Assembly (NCBI GenBank): GCA_963748825.1
Contig: CAVVKN010000023.1
Coordinates: 128,001 to 192,000, forward strand
Direction of reading: 5' to 3'
DNA from: Methanotrichaceae archaeon
Lineage (GTDB): Archaea > Halobacteriota > Methanosarcinia > Methanotrichales > Methanotrichaceae
Length of the DNA stretch: 64,000 bases
Positions 10,638-21,172 of this stretch are shown in pieces (within the stretch, counting starts at the first letter, position 1; each line of letters starts with the position of its first letter). The notes below the pieces were generated by a model. The model did no database searches and had not been told where the DNA came from. It saw nothing but the letters and a program-made list of their open reading frames with translations. The translations under genes were made by a program, and so were the position numbers.

Positions 10638-11096
10638 TCAAAAACCCTTTTCCGTCACCCTTACTACCTCAATTCCTGCCTGCTGCAAAAAATCCAGAGC
10701 CGTCTGATCCGGATAGCTCTGCTGATAGACAACCTTCCTCACCCTGGCATTGATCATCATCTTGGCGCAGAGGACGCAGGGCTGATGAGTGCAATAAAGC
10801 GTTGCCCCCTCAATGCTGATGCCATGCAGTGCCGCCTGGATGATAGCATTCTGCTCCGCGTGCACCGCCCGGCAAAGCTCATGGCGCGTGCCGGAGGCCA
10901 CGCCATCCCGTGCGCAGCCCACCAGGTCGCAGTGGTCCAGGCCGGAGGGCGCGCCATTGTAGCCGGTGGTGAGAATGCGCTTGTTCCTCACAAAGAGCGC
11001 TCCCACTTGATTTCGCAGGCAGGTAGAGCGCTTGGCTACCACGGTGGCAATCTCCATGAAATATTCATCCATGCCGGGGCGGACTATGGGAGACAT
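10638..11096 (-). CDS. dCMP deaminase family protein
   Basis: RSTC, TGYNG, HAEQNA, PCVLC. Confidence 0.93.
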   Translation of the reverse strand: MSPIVRPGMDEYFMEIATVVAKRSTCLRNQVGALFVRNKRILTTGYNGAPSGLDHCDLVGCARDGVASGTRHELCRAVHAEQNAIIQAALHGISIEGATLYCTHQPCVLCAKMMINARVRKVVYQQSYPDQTALDFLQQAGIEVVRVTEKGF

Positions 11097-11202
11097 TCAA
11101 TGGAATCGTGGGCCGTCTTGATTAAAAAGCTCTCTCCATGAGACCTCTGGCTGTGAAGGACGAAGCGTTAGATCCGAAAAAAGTGACGGGCGGGGTTTCA
11201 GC

Positions 11203-12379
11203 TCATCCCGTCAGTTGCAGATCATCCCGCTGGGCGGCGGCCGTTCCCGAGTACGTCTCCAGAGAAGTCTGCACCAGCTTTCCGCTGGCATCGTACAGAG
11301 CTAATAGCTTGTAGTTTACATCGTTGGTCTTTTCCATTATCACTCCTCCAGTGCCGCTCTGGATCACGCTGACCTTCATGCCCGTATCCGGGTCGCTGTC
11401 GACAAGGCCAGGACCAAGAGAGAGGGCCTCATTTGGCACCCAGAACCCCATCAGCTGGGCCACGCCGCTTACCATCGGGACGTAGGCTGGCTGGATCGCA
11501 TCTTGTGTGTACGTCTGCTGTCGCCCTTCAGCAAATCTGTCGTGCACGTCCTGTATGGCCAGTTGGGAACCTAAGGCAGTAAGCGTGGGTGCAACATCAG
11601 GAAGTTGAGGCAGCCAAAACGCATGTTGGCCTTGGTAGCTTAGCACTTGCCCAGCAACTACCCAGGAGGGCACGCTTCCTTCGGTCCAGGGGATGTTCAC
11701 CTGCCGAAGGTTACGAAGCGTTAGTATGCCGCTTTGTTTTCTGGTTACTGTTACACCATTTTCAGGAGCAAAACTGGAGGCAAAATCAGCGGTGTGATGG
11801 AGCATTATGCCTGTATCCAGGTCGTAAATCATGCCCAAAACGATGCCCTGTGACGACGTATAGTAGAACCTGATCACATTGTATTGCACGCCGTTGAGAT
11901 CATAGGTACCCCGGCTTACAACCAGATCCTTGCCGGCATTATCCGGAATGCTGCGAAGAACGGCGGGGTTGCACCAGAAGTCACCACAGCCCACCGGATT
12001 CACGGAGCCGTAGGTGTTTATTGTCTTCATGGCCCCGTTTGTCGGATCTGGGGCATAAGTACTGGTCCATGTGGCCGCTTTGCCTCCCTTCCAGAGCCAC
12101 CACGTCCACCTGGACCAGACCGACACCCGGGCTCTCGCCACTCGTATGAGTCCCACGTTCCGTTGTCGCTTCACTCCCAGAACCGGTATATTCCTCATAC
12201 GTGGCCCTCAGTCCTTCTTCAACTAAAGCCGGTGCAGGAGCATTGGCCAGCTCAGGATATCTTATGGTCATGGGGTTGTTCGTTCCACTGGGCAATGTCA
12301 ATTTGGCGGCGTCTGAGGCAAGAGCAACCTGGCAAAAGGCCAGGAGCAGCAATACCATGAGTGTTGCTTCTTTCTTCAT
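11203..12379 (-). CDS. Secreted hypothetical protein split by a +1 frameshift near 12086
   Basis: Signal-peptide ORF 11981..12379 joins ORF 11203..12198 at GAA GGGA GGC (VALEG-GKAATW) if one base is removed. Confidence 0.7.
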
Positions 12380-12399
12380 AATAACAACTCCATTTAGAT

Positions 12400-12501
12400 T
12401 CAGCTATCATTCTCAATCTTAGCTAAAGCCTCTTTTGCGACAGACTGGACGTCTGAATTTTCATCCGTTAGTGCTTCTTTCAATGCCTCAACAGCTCTGG
12501 G
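12400..12501 (-). pseudogene. C-terminal remnant of a HEAT/PBS-lyase repeat protein
   Basis: Translates PRAVEALKEALTDENSDVQSVAKEALAKIENDS*; no start of its own. Confidence 0.65.
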
Positions 12502-12892
12502 TCAATGCCTGCGTGTACTGAGCCAGAGTAGCTCCTGCAGGCAGCGGCTCCACCTGCACGATCAAATAATTCAAAGGATTATCGTCGTCCTCTTCCGGCG
12601 TCAGCATCCCGTAGACTAAGCCCATGTTGTTTGGATCGGCCTCTCGAGCCTGCCAATCCTGCGGATAGCCGATCCTAAAGTTATATACGGTATTTTCGTA
12701 TGTCAATAATGCGGACGATATTGGTATAGTCACTGCATCTGAAGTCTCTAGATCCGATGTCTCTAGGACCTGGTCGGAAGATCCGAAAGATGACACGGGA
12801 AGGTTCTGAGCACTGCTAATTATAAAAATTGATTCAATTATTAATACCAAGATAGGTACTAATATGAATAAAAAGTTTCTGATATTTTTCAT
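12488..12892 (-). pseudogene. Truncated PsbP/DcrB-like secreted protein
   Basis: TM anchor and 'YEN..Y.F.I.YP.DW' motif; the domain stops midway at the junction with the HEAT remnant. Confidence 0.6.
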
Positions 12893-13023
12893 AATTCATC
12901 AATATTTGTGGTGTTTGATACTACTTAAGCCATAAGTAAACGGTCTTTAGAACTATCATCCCGGAAGAATCGCTAAGATGCAACAACAAGCTTAATATTC
13001 CCTTTCAGCATCGAATTGCCGTT

Positions 13024-14520
13024 ATGTCTATTCACTGGGCTGACGTCATCGCCGAGAAGCTCGAGAAGAGCGGCCCGCACACCATTGCCACGGGCATAAC
13101 CCCATCCGGTCCTGTACACATAGGAAATATGCGCGAGGTCATGACGGCAGAGGCCGTCTACCGCGCCCTTCTGGACAGGGGGGTAGAGGCTAAGCTCATC
13201 TACATCGCCGATACCTACGATCGCCTGCGCAGGCTCTACCCCTTCCTGCCGGAGAGCTTCACAGAGCACATAGGTAAGCCCCTCTCCGAGATTCCCTGCC
13301 CCCTGGGATGCTGCGCCAGCTACGCAGAGCACTTTTTAAATCCATTCTTGAAAAGCATGGAGAGGCTGGGCATCACGCCAGAGGTCTACCGCGCCGATGT
13401 GCTCTACAAAGAGGGCAAGTACAATGAGGCCATCAAGACAGCCTTGCGGCGCAAGGACGACATCGCCCGTATCCTCAAAGAGGTCTCGGGCCGCGATGTT
13501 CCCGCTGGCTGGAGTCCTTTTGATGCCATCTGCTCCACATGCGGCCGGACCAACACCACCCATGTCACGGGCTTTGATCTGGAGGGCGAGACTGTGGACT
13601 ACGAATGCTCGTGCGGCTCGCGGGGCACCGTCTCCATGAGCGGTGGAGGAAAGCTGGTCTGGAGAGTGGACTGGCCGGCCCGCTGGCCTATCTTCAATGT
13701 CACCGTAGAGCCCTTTGGCAAGGACCACGCCACGTCCGGTGGGTCCTATGATACAGGCAAGCGCATCAGCGAAGAGATCTACGGCTACCCTGCTCCCTTC
13801 CCCATGGTCTACGAGTGGATTCATCTCAAGGGCGTGGGCGCCATGCACAGCTCCACAGGAATTGTGGTCACCATCCAGGAGATGCTGGACGTTGTGCCAC
13901 CCGAGGTCCTGCGCTACCTGATCATACGAAACAAGCCGGAAAAGCACATCGAGTTTGACCCTGCACTGCCGCTGCTCTCCCTGGTGGATGAGTACGACCA
14001 GAGAAAGGGCGATGAGAGAGCCATCGAGCTTTCCAATATCAGTAAGAGCGGACCCTTCGAGATACCCTTCCGCCACATGGTCACGGCGGTGCAGATCGCT
14101 CGCGGCGACGAGGACGATCTCTTCGTGGCCCTGAAAAGATCCGGCTACGATGTCATCACAAGGCGCGAGGAGATTTTGGGCCGGGCAAGAAATGTGCAGA
14201 CGTGGCTGGACAAATATGCGCCGGCTTACGTAAAGTTCCAGGTGCAAGAGACGCTTCCAGCCGCGGTCAAGAACCTGACACCCGAGGAGCGGCAGGGCCT
14301 GGGCGTCCTGGCCGAGCAGGTGGGGGAGAAGACAGCAGCTGAGATTCACGAACTGGTCTATGCCGTGGCCAAGGAGCAGGGCCTCGACTCCAAGAAGTTC
14401 TTCCAGGCCATCTACCTGGCATTCCTTGGCGACCGTCAGGGACCCAAAGTGGGATGGTTTTTGGCCAGCCTGGAGAGAGGCCTTGTTAAAGCCAGGCTGA
14501 AGGAAGCAGCAAAGGCTTAG
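13024..14520 (+). CDS. lysS: Lysine--tRNA ligase, class I
   Basis: HWAD, PSGPVHIGN, 'KLVWRVDWP', EPFGKDH, MHSSTG. Confidence 0.97.
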   Translation: MSIHWADVIAEKLEKSGPHTIATGITPSGPVHIGNMREVMTAEAVYRALLDRGVEAKLIYIADTYDRLRRLYPFLPESFTEHIGKPLSEIPCPLGCCASYAEHFLNPFLKSMERLGITPEVYRADVLYKEGKYNEAIKTALRRKDDIARILKEVSGRDVPAGWSPFDAICSTCGRTNTTHVTGFDLEGETVDYECSCGSRGTVSMSGGGKLVWRVDWPARWPIFNVTVEPFGKDHATSGGSYDTGKRISEEIYGYPAPFPMVYEWIHLKGVGAMHSSTGIVVTIQEMLDVVPPEVLRYLIIRNKPEKHIEFDPALPLLSLVDEYDQRKGDERAIELSNISKSGPFEIPFRHMVTAVQIARGDEDDLFVALKRSGYDVITRREEILGRARNVQTWLDKYAPAYVKFQVQETLPAAVKNLTPEERQGLGVLAEQVGEKTAAEIHELVYAVAKEQGLDSKKFFQAIYLAFLGDRQGPKVGWFLASLERGLVKARLKEAAKA

Positions 14521-14531
14521 GTTTAGATGTC

Positions 14532-14948
14532 ATGGGGCATAAGATCTACCTGTCCGGCCCGCTCTTCTCGCGGGGCGAGATCGCCTGGGGCGAGCGTGTC
14601 AAATCCTTCCTAAAAGATCGGCTGGAAGATGTAGATATCATCTGGCCCCATGAGATCATCCCCTGCCAGGCATTGCCGGCGCAGATCTTCCAGGCCAATT
14701 TGCAGGCCCTAAGCGAATGCGATATCATGGTGGCCATGCTGGACGGCTCTCAGGTGGACGACGGCACCGCCTGGGAGATAGGCTACTTTTTCATGCAGGG
14801 CAAAAAAATCCTGGGGCTAAGAACGGACTTTCGCCGCGCCGGAGAAACGGATAATTCTCGCGTCAACCTCATGATCGAGTGCTCCTGCCGGGCAATGGCC
14901 AGCAGCCTGGAAGAGCTGGCATCGGATCTGAAGAGGCTCTTAGATTGA
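14532..14948 (+). CDS. Nucleoside 2-deoxyribosyltransferase family protein
   Basis: IYLSGPLF, 'D.GTAWEIGY', 'NLMI'. Confidence 0.9.
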   Translation: MGHKIYLSGPLFSRGEIAWGERVKSFLKDRLEDVDIIWPHEIIPCQALPAQIFQANLQALSECDIMVAMLDGSQVDDGTAWEIGYFFMQGKKILGLRTDFRRAGETDNSRVNLMIECSCRAMASSLEELASDLKRLLD

Positions 14949-15712
14949 TCACGCCCGTCTTTGACGCACCCCTTCTCCTGGTGGAGGGAGATGAGCGCGT
15001 CCTGGTGGCCGCCGATCTTCACCTGGGCCTGGAGCATGAACTGTGGCTGGGAGGCGTCTCTATTCCCAGTCAGACCGAGAAAATTTTAGCGCGGCTACTG
15101 GGCTTTTTGGCTGAGATTAAACCGGACAGGCTCCTGCTTTTAGGAGACATAAAGCACAACGTTCCCAAGACGAGCTGGCAGGAGAAGAGGGAGATCCCCG
15201 AATTCTTGCGCCGGCTTTGCGCCCGGGCTATAGTGGAGATCGTGCCGGGAAATCATGACAGCAATCTGGCGGATATGGCCCCCCTGGGTGTGCGGGTGCG
15301 CCCGTCCTCCGGCTTTGTGCTGGACGGGGTGGGATATTTCCACGGCCACACCTGGCCAGATGAAAAGGTTATGCGCCAGGGCAGCCTGGTGGCGGGGCAC
15401 CTGCATCCGGCGGTAAGGCTTCCCGACCCCCTGAGCCACTCACCTTCCCGCCCCGTTTGGGCAAAAACGCGGCTGATGAGTGAGGCAGTGCAAGCGCATT
15501 ACGGTTTTGCCAGGGACAGTGAGATCATCATCGCCCCCGCCTTCAACATTCTTTGCGGCGGACTGCCCCTCAATGAGCCCGTTGATGAAATGCGCGGGCC
15601 GCTCTTAACCATGGCCGACTGGGAGGGTGCACGCCTCTATCTTCTTGATGGAACCGATCTCGGCACCCTGGCAGAGATAAAAGCGGCCCAACGAAAGCAG
15701 GCAGAGCAGTAA
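14945..15712 (+). CDS. Calcineurin-like metallophosphoesterase
   Basis: ADLHLG, LGD, PGNHD, FHGH, GHLHP; TTG start overlaps the upstream stop. Confidence 0.9.
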   Translation: MITPVFDAPLLLVEGDERVLVAADLHLGLEHELWLGGVSIPSQTEKILARLLGFLAEIKPDRLLLLGDIKHNVPKTSWQEKREIPEFLRRLCARAIVEIVPGNHDSNLADMAPLGVRVRPSSGFVLDGVGYFHGHTWPDEKVMRQGSLVAGHLHPAVRLPDPLSHSPSRPVWAKTRLMSEAVQAHYGFARDSEIIIAPAFNILCGGLPLNEPVDEMRGPLLTMADWEGARLYLLDGTDLGTLAEIKAAQRKQAEQ

Positions 15713-15756
15713 GAATTATTACTAATGCTATTCTTACAAGAGAGGGCGATAAAGAA

Positions 15757-16308
15757 ATGAATGATAAAGAGAGGCTTTTAGAATTGCTAAAGGACAAGTC
15801 CCTTGAGGTGAGACCGGTCACCCTGTCCTCAGGCAAAATCAGCGATTATTATATGGACTGCAAGCGCGTTACCTTGAGCCCGGAAGGGGCCTACCTCACG
15901 GGCAAGCTGATGCTGGAGATGATCAGGCCGGAGGTATCCGCCGTGGCCGGTCTCACCCTGGGCGCGGACCCCATTGTATCATCCATCTCGGTTCTAAGCC
16001 ATTTACAGAAGAGAGACCTACCAGGCCTGATTGTGCGAAAAGAGCCCAAGAAGCACGGCACCATGAGCTATGTAGAGGGGCCGGCTCTGCAGAAGGGAGC
16101 GATGGTCGCGGTGGTGGAAGACGTGGTCACCTCAGGAGCATCACTTATCAGAGCCATCGATCGCATTGCAGCCGCAGGCTACCGGCCTGTGCAGGCTCTG
16201 ACCATATTGGACCGCCAGGAAGGCGGAAGAGAAGCCATCGAAGAGCGAGGATTTGTGCTGCAAGCACTTTTTACCCGCGACGATTTGGATATAAAGGTGA
16301 ACAAATAG
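15757..16308 (+). CDS. pyrE: Orotate phosphoribosyltransferase
   Basis: TLSSG..S.YY.D, VRKEPKKHG, VVEDVVTSG PRPP motif. Confidence 0.95.
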   Translation: MNDKERLLELLKDKSLEVRPVTLSSGKISDYYMDCKRVTLSPEGAYLTGKLMLEMIRPEVSAVAGLTLGADPIVSSISVLSHLQKRDLPGLIVRKEPKKHGTMSYVEGPALQKGAMVAVVEDVVTSGASLIRAIDRIAAAGYRPVQALTILDRQEGGREAIEERGFVLQALFTRDDLDIKVNK

Positions 16309-16337
16309 CCAAACAAATAAAATTATTCAAAATTTTG

Positions 16338-16979
16338 CTAAGAAGTGTTTATTTCCCCACCAGGGGGCTGTTCTCCCTGGTCAGATGCTGGGTTAAGACC
16401 ATCCGGTGGCACATCTTCAGGAAATCCGCTGCCTGGCGTCTCGTTGGCAGGTCGCGTAGGTTGTGGCGAGGCTCCACCGGGCAGAACGCCGCCAGGCGGC
16501 CTCGCTGATGGGGCCGCACCCATCGGATTTGAGCCATCCGGCCCTACACCGGGTGTTATCTCTCCCGACCCAGGCTGCGGCTGGGGCTCTGGCACAGCTG
16601 ATGCTGTTGCAGTAAATGGCGCTTCCAGTCGAAGATTGCGCCAGGTCCCATCTTCCGCGTAAGATATCTCAGAAACGATCCAATAATTCCCGCTCTGCTG
16701 CGCCGTGAGAGGGTAGCTGATCTGCTGCGTGACCCCGGGGTACAGCTCCGTGCTCTGGCCACCCGCGTTCGCGACGACCCCCGGAGGAAGATTGGGAGTG
16801 ACCATAGCCTGTATGGAATTCAGGCCATTGTAAGTCAGCGATACGGTTACAGTTACCATCTGTCCAACCTCTGCCGATGGCATCATATTCTGGTAGGCCG
16901 TCAGCTCTGCCACCGCTGGACCCAATAACAGCCCCACCCCAAGGAGCAGAAGAATGTGAACCAATCCCAAATGCTTCAT
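16338..16979 (-). CDS. Secreted Ig-like protein with Pro/Gly-rich tail
   Basis: Signal peptide MKHLGLV...AVA, beta-rich domain, low-complexity C-terminus. Confidence 0.7.
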   Translation of the reverse strand: MKHLGLVHILLLLGVGLLLGPAVAELTAYQNMMPSAEVGQMVTVTVSLTYNGLNSIQAMVTPNLPPGVVANAGGQSTELYPGVTQQISYPLTAQQSGNYWIVSEISYAEDGTWRNLRLEAPFTATASAVPEPQPQPGSGEITPGVGPDGSNPMGAAPSARPPGGVLPGGASPQPTRPANETPGSGFPEDVPPDGLNPASDQGEQPPGGEINTS

Positions 16980-17142
16980 CGGATCCCTATTGTCTTGCCT
17001 GCGAGATTTAAAGATACCTGTCATACGAGATTGATATGAGATCTATTCGATGCCTTGATACTCATTTCCCTAATTTTGCAGAAAACCCCTGGCTCTTTTC
17101 CATACATAAAATACTTATCTGGTTTGGAGATATGATCCTCTG

Positions 17143-18344
17143 ATGGACGTCTCTTTCTCTGCCTGGCGGCATTCGCGAGAAGAGAGCTTGCAGCTCAAAG
17201 GAGATAGCTTCTCCTTTCTCTTCGATAGGCGCTACACTAATCGACTCAACCGAATGAGCCGTGTTTTCTTCGAAGCCTATGTCGTGGCCACTAAAGAACT
17301 GGCCGCGCAGGAGGACCGCTTCCCCAGCCTTAGCGAGATAGACGCCAAGATGGAAAGCGGGGCCGTTTACGCTTTCAAGGATCGTTTGATGAAGAATACC
17401 GAGTTCTTCGAAGAGGTTAAGATCTCCGGCGTCTCCTACCTGGTTCCGCGCGCACTCAAGTTCGTGGATGTTAGCGGCACTTATACCGATTTGGTCTTGA
17501 ACTTCGAGGAGGGCATCGTGGTGCTGCCTACGCGAAGGAAGACCACCTCTCTCCCGGACAGCCCTATGCCGATCGAAGAGGATGAACCAATAGCATCACA
17601 GGTAACTGAGATCGCAAATAAAGAGCCCACAATTTCCGAAGACAAAGAAGCAGAAGCAAAACCACAGTCGTATCCTCCGCACACACCAGAGACCTTCGAG
17701 GAGATCTCTCAGGCAACGCAGACGGCGGAGGCGCCTTCTCCCAGCGAGCCTGCGAAAAAGACAGCAGTAACTGCCTCATCTCCAGCAAAAGAGCCGTACA
17801 AGCCCCCATTGACCAAGAAGAAGATGGCAATGCCGCCAAGAACAGTCATCTTACTTGGCGCAGCTATCTTGCTGGCTCTTTTTGCCGTTGTATCCATCTA
17901 CGGCCCAACGCTAGTACGGCACCAGTACAGCCAACGTTCCTGGTTTTGTATTCCGCAAACATTTCAAATTCCAGCAACGAAAGCTATCTGGGTCTGAACA
18001 TCACCAACCCTCAGGGAATGGCCAATGATATGGAAATAGCTCTGCCCCAGAATATCGACCAGAGCATCAGTGCCAGAGGGGGAATTGTGACCATCTCCCA
18101 TGGAGAGAATACACTGGTGCGAATAAACTCCACAGGAGACGCCAGCGTGAAGATATATCTGCAGGGCAACTGGACAACAATTCCTGTGGGACTCAGCTTC
18201 TATGCGCCGAAAGGCTTCGACACCAACCTGCTGGTTCACGGACTAGCATCAACTGTCACACATAAGAATGCGACCTCGGTCTTGATGTTCAACCTGACCG
18301 AAGAAGGAGTAAGCTTTGAGCAGAGCTACACCCGAAAAAATTAG
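17143..18344 (+). CDS. Membrane-anchored hypothetical protein with a frameshift near 17912
   Basis: ORF 17143..17997 (TM at ~aa 235-255) continues as APVQPTFLVLYSANISN... in the frame of ORF 17946..18344. Confidence 0.6.
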
Positions 18345-19350
18345 ACTGGCGGTAATAGCCAATAAAAAGGACGCAGATGCTGCTCTAAAAAGGGTAGTCT
18401 CTCTCGGTGTTTTTGATAAGAGCCGCAAGGTAATCAAGAGACAAAGCCATGTAGAGATCCCGGTCATCAAGTCAGTCTCCGGCTGCGAGCTCGTCATGCA
18501 GGAAGATCCAGCCTTCTACAAGAAAATGCCGGATCTCCTCCATGCCTTGCAGGAAAAGATTCCCGAAGAATGCATCCATCTTATTCCTCGCGGCTGGTTC
18601 TTACTGGGAGAGGTAATAGTAATCAAGATTCACCCCGACCTTGCGGCGTATGAGCACCATATCGGCCAGGCTCTTTTAGACTTCTATCCTCGCTGCTGCA
18701 CCGTTTTAGCCGATGATGGCATCTTTGGCCCCTTTCGCGAGCCTGTACGTAGAGCCATCGCCGGCAGCAAGACCCAGACGGTACATAAAGAAAATAAAGT
18801 GATCTACAATCTGGATGCAAGCCTGGTGATGTTCTCGCCTGGGAACCTTATGGAGCGCATAAGAATGAGCCGTTTTGGCAAGGGTGAGTATGTAGTGGAC
18901 ATGTTTGCCGGGATAGGCTACTTCACTCTTCCCATGGCCGTTCATTCCCGGCCGAGAAAGATCATGGCCATTGAGCTGAATCCCAATGCTTACCATTATC
19001 TCTGCCAAAATGTCCGGCAAAACCATGTGGAAGAAATCGTGGAGCCTGTCCTGGGAGACTGCGCGAAGGTGACTCCGGAGGGCGTCGCCGATAGAGTGGT
19101 GATGGGCATGGTCCAGGTAACCGACCAATACCTGCAAAAGGGCATTTCCGCTCTGAGGCCGGGAGGCATACTGCATTACCATCAGACCATTGCCACCAGG
19201 ATGTATCCTGACGCAGCCATTCGAGATGTAAAGCAAGCTGCAGTAGCTTTAGGCCGCAAGGCCGAGATCCTGAGCTATGTGCTGGTCAAAAAGTACTCTC
19301 CCGGAGTGGTTCATGCCGTGATCGATGCCCGAATCGATAGTGATTTTTAG
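18316..19350 (+). CDS. Trm5/Tyw2 (Taw2)-like tRNA-modifying SAM-dependent transferase
   Basis: 'MFSPGN..ER', VDMFAGIGYF, IELNP, 'VKKYSPGV.H.V.D'. Confidence 0.85.
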   Translation: MSRATPEKIRLAVIANKKDADAALKRVVSLGVFDKSRKVIKRQSHVEIPVIKSVSGCELVMQEDPAFYKKMPDLLHALQEKIPEECIHLIPRGWFLLGEVIVIKIHPDLAAYEHHIGQALLDFYPRCCTVLADDGIFGPFREPVRRAIAGSKTQTVHKENKVIYNLDASLVMFSPGNLMERIRMSRFGKGEYVVDMFAGIGYFTLPMAVHSRPRKIMAIELNPNAYHYLCQNVRQNHVEEIVEPVLGDCAKVTPEGVADRVVMGMVQVTDQYLQKGISALRPGGILHYHQTIATRMYPDAAIRDVKQAAVALGRKAEILSYVLVKKYSPGVVHAVIDARIDSDF

Positions 19351-19356
19351 CGGGAG

Positions 19357-20037
19357 ATGCTAATTGCAATTATGATTGTCACCTGGCTCGGACACTCCTG
19401 CTTTCTTTTAAAGAGCGAAGAAGGTCTTTCTCTGCTCCTGGACCCGTTTCATGAGAGCGATGTGGGCTATTCCATGCCGATAACTGAAGCGGACATTGTA
19501 ATCATAAGCCACGACCATATGGATCACAACAATGTCGATGCTGCAGGAAGCGAAGCGGATGTGATCTTCGGCCCCGGCGATTACATCAGCATGGAAATGG
19601 ATATCACAGGCATAAAGTCATATCATGACGGACAGAGAGGAAAGCTGCGAGGTGAGAACACCATCTTCTGCTTCGCGCTGGACGGCATAAGAGTCTGTCA
19701 CCTGGGAGATTTGGGGCATACTTTGAGCCGAACCCAGGTAAAGGCCATAGGCCCTGTGGATCTGCTCTTTCTGCCTGTGGGCGGGAGATATACCATCGAT
19801 GCCGCCGTCGCAAATGAGGTGATGAGGCAACTGCACCCGGCAGTGACGGTGCCCATGCACTACAAAACAGGGGCCTTGGGCTTCGAGCTAGATCCTGTGG
19901 ACGAATTTCTAAAAGGCAGAGAGCCTGTAACGCCCCAAGAAAAGCTGCAACTGGCCAAAGAGGATATTTCGGGCGAGGGCAAAGTGGTGCTCCTCACCTG
20001 CCCCGGGGCAGAAGGGGCCAGCCAATCGATAGATTAA
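19357..20037 (+). CDS. MBL-fold metal-dependent hydrolase
   Basis: WLGHSCF, SHDHMDH, HLGDLG, PMHY. Confidence 0.9.
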   Translation: MLIAIMIVTWLGHSCFLLKSEEGLSLLLDPFHESDVGYSMPITEADIVIISHDHMDHNNVDAAGSEADVIFGPGDYISMEMDITGIKSYHDGQRGKLRGENTIFCFALDGIRVCHLGDLGHTLSRTQVKAIGPVDLLFLPVGGRYTIDAAVANEVMRQLHPAVTVPMHYKTGALGFELDPVDEFLKGREPVTPQEKLQLAKEDISGEGKVVLLTCPGAEGASQSID

Positions 20038-20065
20038 TAACTACCTGCTGCAAGGGTAGTGGCGA

Positions 20066-20138
20066 AGCCCGGTAGTGTAGCGGTCAATCACAGGAGGCTC
20101 TGGACCTCCCCACCCAGGTTCGAATCCCGGCCGGGCTA
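20066..20138 (+). tRNA. tRNA-Gln(CTG)
   Basis: Acceptor AGCCCGG/CCGGGCT, anticodon arm GGAGG-CT-CTG-GA-CCTCC, GTTCGAATC T-loop; T-rich tail. Confidence 0.93.
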
Positions 20139-20236
20139 CTATCTTTTCGTTTCCGTTTTCCGCCTGTAAGGATTACAATTTACTTTTTCTTGCGGGCCCA
20201 TTTGCCCTCGGAAAAGAATCAATATGCAATTGTGTC

Positions 20237-20660
20237 TCAGGGTTCGAGGTGATCTCCCTTAAGCTCGTCCATTGCGTCCGGCGTGAGGCGGATTTCTGCT
20301 AATTGAATGGCACCCATTGAAGAGATCATCCTGGTCATCATATCAGAGATGGAGCGTCCGAGATCCTCATCTTTGCTGGATAGAGCCATGGACAGGGCAC
20401 ATCCCAGGTTATAGGCGGTCCAGCTGGCATAGGTGAAATGGACCATTAGATCCTCCATTCCTCCTTCAATCCAGGGGCCCTCCGAGTCAGGCCAGATCAC
20501 CCTCGACCTGATACTCTTGGAGCTCTGGATTTTCGCCTCAAACTGAACTAGGCCATCTATCATAAATTCACATCCTGGCGGCTTTCAGAGTAGGGCACCA
20601 TTCTTCCTTGCACGGCACTTGGCTCTTGTTGCCCTGACTACTATGACTATCCTCTAGCAT
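20237..20660 (-). CDS. Hypothetical protein, probable +1 frameshift near 20576
   Basis: ATG 20660 ORF (MLEDSH...LKAA) joins ORF 20237..20563 via GCCA GGA TGT GAA TTT ATG. Confidence 0.55.
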
Positions 20661-20800
20661 ACTCATTCCTATTTAAGATTGCCATGTATGCCTGTATAGT
20701 CCCGAAATTATAGATCATCAAAGGACACCTGTTACAAAATCGCATACACATGCATCCAAAAGCACAAAGACTGGCCCAGTGGATCACGGAAGCGCGGTAA

Positions 20801-21004
20801 TTGGAACCGCAAATTCAAAGATCACCTAAAAAAGATGGTATCAAGCCCATATTAGCCAGAGTGAAGCAGCCCCAGACGAACGGAAAGTTAGAACGCTTTT
20901 TCGGAGAATACGAGAATCAAAGGTCAGCTTTTCGTTCATTCGAAGATTTTATAGGGCGGTACAACGATACAGGGATATTTTTAAGACGGAAAAAAGCTAA
21001 ATAG
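20801..21004 (+). mobile_element. IS481/IS3-type integrase-core transposase remnant
   Basis: 'GIKPILARVKQPQTNGKLERFF...YN' C-terminal rve motif; N-terminus missing. Confidence 0.75.
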
Positions 21005-21034
21005 AATCAGCCAGAGGCGTAGCGAGGTGACTGT

Positions 21035-21172
21035 ATGCCAACGAGTAAGAAACAAATGGAGAAGCTGAACAAAGTGAAGAAGGCCAAGGCAGAAGAGCTC
21101 TCGAAGCAGGCAGCTTCGGGTAGCCAATCCGCCAAGAAGAAGCTCAAGAAGCTCGAGAAAAAGATCAAGTGA
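21035..21172 (+). CDS. 45-aa Lys-rich small protein (absent from the ORF track)
   Basis: GAGGTGA RBS, MPTSKKQMEKLNKVKKAKAEELSKQAASGSQSAKKKLKKLEKKIK*, T-tract downstream. Confidence 0.75.
   Translation: MPTSKKQMEKLNKVKKAKAEELSKQAASGSQSAKKKLKKLEKKIK

Noticed and set aside
13336-14349. 337-aa antisense ORF and similar long shadow ORFs across the window
   Set aside because: They are antisense to well-supported GC3-rich genes, an expected codon-bias artefact
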